From contig CAZZIU010000003.1 in the NCBI GenBank assembly GCA_964654545.1, positions 73,201-137,200 of the forward strand: a stretch of 64,000 nucleotides of DNA, written 5' to 3'. Positions 61,716 through 64,000 of the stretch are shown here, piece by piece. Below the pieces are notes generated by a model. The model saw nothing but the letters and a program-made list of their open reading frames with translations. It had not been told where the DNA came from and made no database searches. Source of the DNA: an uncultured bacterium (GTDB lineage: Bacteria > Fidelibacterota > Marinisomatia > Marinisomatales > JABMOV01). The translations under genes and the position numbers were made by a program. Positions within the stretch are counted from its first letter, which is position 1, and each line of letters opens with the position of its first letter.

Positions 61716-62912
61716 ATGAAACTTTCCAGTCAATTATCAAAATTAGGCACAGAAACCGCTTTTGCGGTTTCCGCCCAGGCAGCGAGTTGGGCTGCTAAGG
61801 GAAATAAAGTATATCCATTTCATCTGGGGGACATCAATTTACCTACGCCGGAGAATGTTGTCCGTGCTGCAAATAAAGCAATCGGAGACGGAAAAACCGG
61901 ATATTGTCCGGCGGCGGGAATACCCCAATTACGAGATACTCTAGCACAAGATGTGGGTTCCAGAAGAGGCGTTACATATCAGGCAGAAAATGTATCCATG
62001 CAACCCGGTGGTAAGCCGGTAATCGGCAAATTTATCGCGACTGTAATGAATAAGGGGGATGAAGTGTTGTATCCAAATCCCGGTTACCCAATCTATGAGA
62101 GTCAAATTGAATTTCAGGGTGGCGTGGCGATTCCGTATGGCTACACAGAAACAGAGACAGGTTTTGCAATTGATCTTGAGAAATTGGAAGCATCCATTAC
62201 TGATAGAACAACAGTACTAATATATAATAACTACCAAAATCCGATTAGCGCCGAGTCATCGAAAGATGAGATGGAAACCATCGCTGCCCTGGCAATTAAA
62301 CATGATTTGTGGGTTCTGGCAGATGATGCATATTATGAAATCCGATATTCTGATGAACCGCGATCAATAGTAACATTTCCTGGCATGCAGGAAAGAACGG
62401 TAATCCTGTACACGTTTTCAAAAAAATATGCCATGACCGGCTGGCGGTTAGGTGCTGCAATTGGTCCAAAACCTGTCATTGATATAATCAGCAAACTGAA
62501 TACCAATGCTGAATCATGTTCTAATCATTTCATTCAATGGGCTATGGTTGAAGGGCTGACCGGTGATCCCAGTGGACCTGAAAGTATTTTGGCGGAATTA
62601 AAACGAAGGAGAGATGCTGCCGTTGAAAATTTGAATTCCATTGATGGAATCAACCTCCCCATGCCGAACAGCACGTTTTATTTGTTCCCAAACGTTACCA
62701 AAATTATGCAACGAAAGGGATTTAAGGATATTCGAGAACTCCAGGATGGAGCACTCTACAATACAGGTGTATCCTTCTGTACCCGAAATCATTTTGGTCG
62801 CCCGGCAGCAAATGAGACGGAATATTTCATACGCTTCGCATATTCTGGAATTACAGTCGATGATATCACCGAAGGAATTGCCAAACTAAAATCATGGTTC
62901 GAATCAGCATAA
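61716..62912 (+). CDS. Class I/II pyridoxal-phosphate-dependent aminotransferase (aspartate aminotransferase-like)
   Basis: 398 aa. PLP-lysine context FSKKYAMTGWRLG, NPGYP, NNYQNP. AGGAG SD. Confidence 0.88.
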   Translation: MKLSSQLSKLGTETAFAVSAQAASWAAKGNKVYPFHLGDINLPTPENVVRAANKAIGDGKTGYCPAAGIPQLRDTLAQDVGSRRGVTYQAENVSMQPGGKPVIGKFIATVMNKGDEVLYPNPGYPIYESQIEFQGGVAIPYGYTETETGFAIDLEKLEASITDRTTVLIYNNYQNPISAESSKDEMETIAALAIKHDLWVLADDAYYEIRYSDEPRSIVTFPGMQERTVILYTFSKKYAMTGWRLGAAIGPKPVIDIISKLNTNAESCSNHFIQWAMVEGLTGDPSGPESILAELKRRRDAAVENLNSIDGINLPMPNSTFYLFPNVTKIMQRKGFKDIRELQDGALYNTGVSFCTRNHFGRPAANETEYFIRFAYSGITVDDITEGIAKLKSWFESA

Positions 62913-62913
62913 T

Positions 62914-64000
62914 ATGGATTTAAAACGAACACCGTTATACGATAAACATGTTTCGCTGGGAGCGAAAATCGTTCCCTTTGCTGGATTTGAAATGCCGGTT
63001 TTATACACTGGAATAAAAGACGAACATTCGGCAGTTCGGAATAATGTTGGTCTATTCGATGTGAGCCATATGGGCGAGTTTATTGTTTCTGGGGATGATG
63101 CACATGATTATTTGCAGCGATTAACACTAAATGATGTGAGTTCTTTAGCTATTGGTCAGGCACAGTATTCTGCTATGTGCAACGAAAATGGTGGCATCAT
63201 GGATGACTTAATTGTCTATCGATTTGAAGATCAATACATGTTGGTAGTAAACGCCAGCAATCTCGAAAAAGATTATAATTGGTTGCATAATCATCTAAGC
63301 GGTGATGTATTACTAAAAGATGGAAGTGATGAAATCGCACTGGTTGCGCTTCAGGGGCCAAATGCGCGAAAACTACTTGAGACAATAGGAATGAACTCGG
63401 CAACATCACTGAAATTTTACCATCATGAGCAGGTAGCATATTTAGGATATGAGTTGACCCTTGCCAGAACAGGGTATACCGGTGAATTAGGGTTCGAACT
63501 CTATGGAAGTCCTGAATCAATTCGGCTGGTCTGGGATCAACTATTAGAAAATGGCAAATCTCTTGGGATACAACCGGTTGGCCTTGGAGCCAGAGATACA
63601 TTGAGAATGGAAATGAAATATTGCCTGTACGGTAATGATATTGATGAAACAACGGATCCATATGAAGCCGGCCTGGGTTGGATTACCAAGCTGGATAAAG
63701 GTGACTTTATCGGTAGAGATGCCATCAAAGACAGAAAGAGCATGTTATCGCGCCGACTCGTGTGTTTTGAAATGAATGAAAGAGCGGTACCAAGAAATGG
63801 ATACCAAATATTTTCAGGTGAGAATATTGTTGGGATTGTAACGAGCGGAACACAGTCTCCATCCTTGCAAAAAGGAATCGGGTTAGCCTATATTAATCTA
63901 CCTCATGCCAAATCAGGGAGTGAGATTGAGGTTGATATAAGAGGTCAGCGCAAATCAGCAGTGATTGTAAAACCTCCGTTTTATAAACACGGTACAGTAC
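62914..64000 (+). CDS. gcvT: Glycine cleavage system aminomethyltransferase GcvT; 3' end outside the window
   Basis: Not in the ORF track because it has no stop in the window. My translation from ATG 62914 is open to the window end: MDLKRTPLYDKHVSLGAKIVPFAGFEMPVLY...GLFDVSHMGEF...ARTGYTGELGFE...GLGARDTLRMEM...KPPFYKHGTV. Confidence 0.93.
   Translation, partial: MDLKRTPLYDKHVSLGAKIVPFAGFEMPVLYTGIKDEHSAVRNNVGLFDVSHMGEFIVSGDDAHDYLQRLTLNDVSSLAIGQAQYSAMCNENGGIMDDLIVYRFEDQYMLVVNASNLEKDYNWLHNHLSGDVLLKDGSDEIALVALQGPNARKLLETIGMNSATSLKFYHHEQVAYLGYELTLARTGYTGELGFELYGSPESIRLVWDQLLENGKSLGIQPVGLGARDTLRMEMKYCLYGNDIDETTDPYEAGLGWITKLDKGDFIGRDAIKDRKSMLSRRLVCFEMNERAVPRNGYQIFSGENIVGIVTSGTQSPSLQKGIGLAYINLPHAKSGSEIEVDIRGQRKSAVIVKPPFYKHGTV

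Noticed and set aside
63197-63661. 154-aa minus-strand ORF (and 63537-63743), the only ORF-track entries in this area
   Set aside because: The plus strand here encodes a clear GcvT (open from ATG 62914 to the window end). The track omits it only because no stop lies in the window. The minus ORFs are antisense artefacts.

Overview
This is a compact, AT-rich (roughly 40% G+C by eye, not computed) bacterial chromosomal segment. I call 62 CDS, and 61 of them are on the + strand. Intergenic gaps are very short and many stop/start codons overlap. The content is almost entirely core housekeeping:
- Envelope and proteostasis: lolCDE-like transporter, clpC, dnaK, and a TamB / Omp85 / TPR-lipoprotein outer-membrane cluster.
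- MoxR-vWA system: a MoxR-DUF58 module at 13.7-16.6 kb, and the rest of a Bat-type (BatA-E) vWA/TPR cluster about 37 kb away at 53.5-59.3 kb.
- Central metabolism and translation: efp-accB-accC-gcvH, and ffh-rpsP-KH-rimM-trmD-rplS in the Bacillus-type order.
- Selenocysteine and repair: selA-selB-mutS, plus mutL elsewhere in the window.
- Stringent response and replication: yicC-gmk-rpoZ-udg-dnaB-rel-HU-ruvX-lnt.
- Lipid and envelope: truA-htrA-psd-pssA-DUF4321-tatA.
- Window end: yebC-ruvC-ruvA, an aminotransferase, and a 3'-truncated gcvT that the ORF track misses because it has no stop in the window.

I found no rRNA, tRNA, CRISPR array, IS element, prophage or recognisable defence genes. 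Three clean rho-independent terminators are visible. Shine-Dalgarno sequences (AAGGAG-like) are common, and TTG/GTG starts are frequent.

Gene content (Bat cluster, PorV/PorQ-like porin, group-II-like GGGP synthase homologue) fits an FCB-superphylum-like or allied uncultured lineage. That is an inference only.

I do not see convincing evidence for a wholly new multi-gene system here. The items most worth a second look are:
1. A perfect classical C2H2 zinc-finger motif in a ~70-aa insertion within the formimidoyltransferase-cyclodeaminase gene.
2. An archaeal-type GGGP-synthase homologue.
3. The split, variant Bat/MoxR system, including a BatD-N/DUF4381-like fusion lipoprotein and an extra Q/E-rich secreted protein.
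4. A ribosomal protein S16 with a ~190-aa acidic tail.
5. selAB embedded between an MFS transporter and mutS, directly behind a terminator hairpin.
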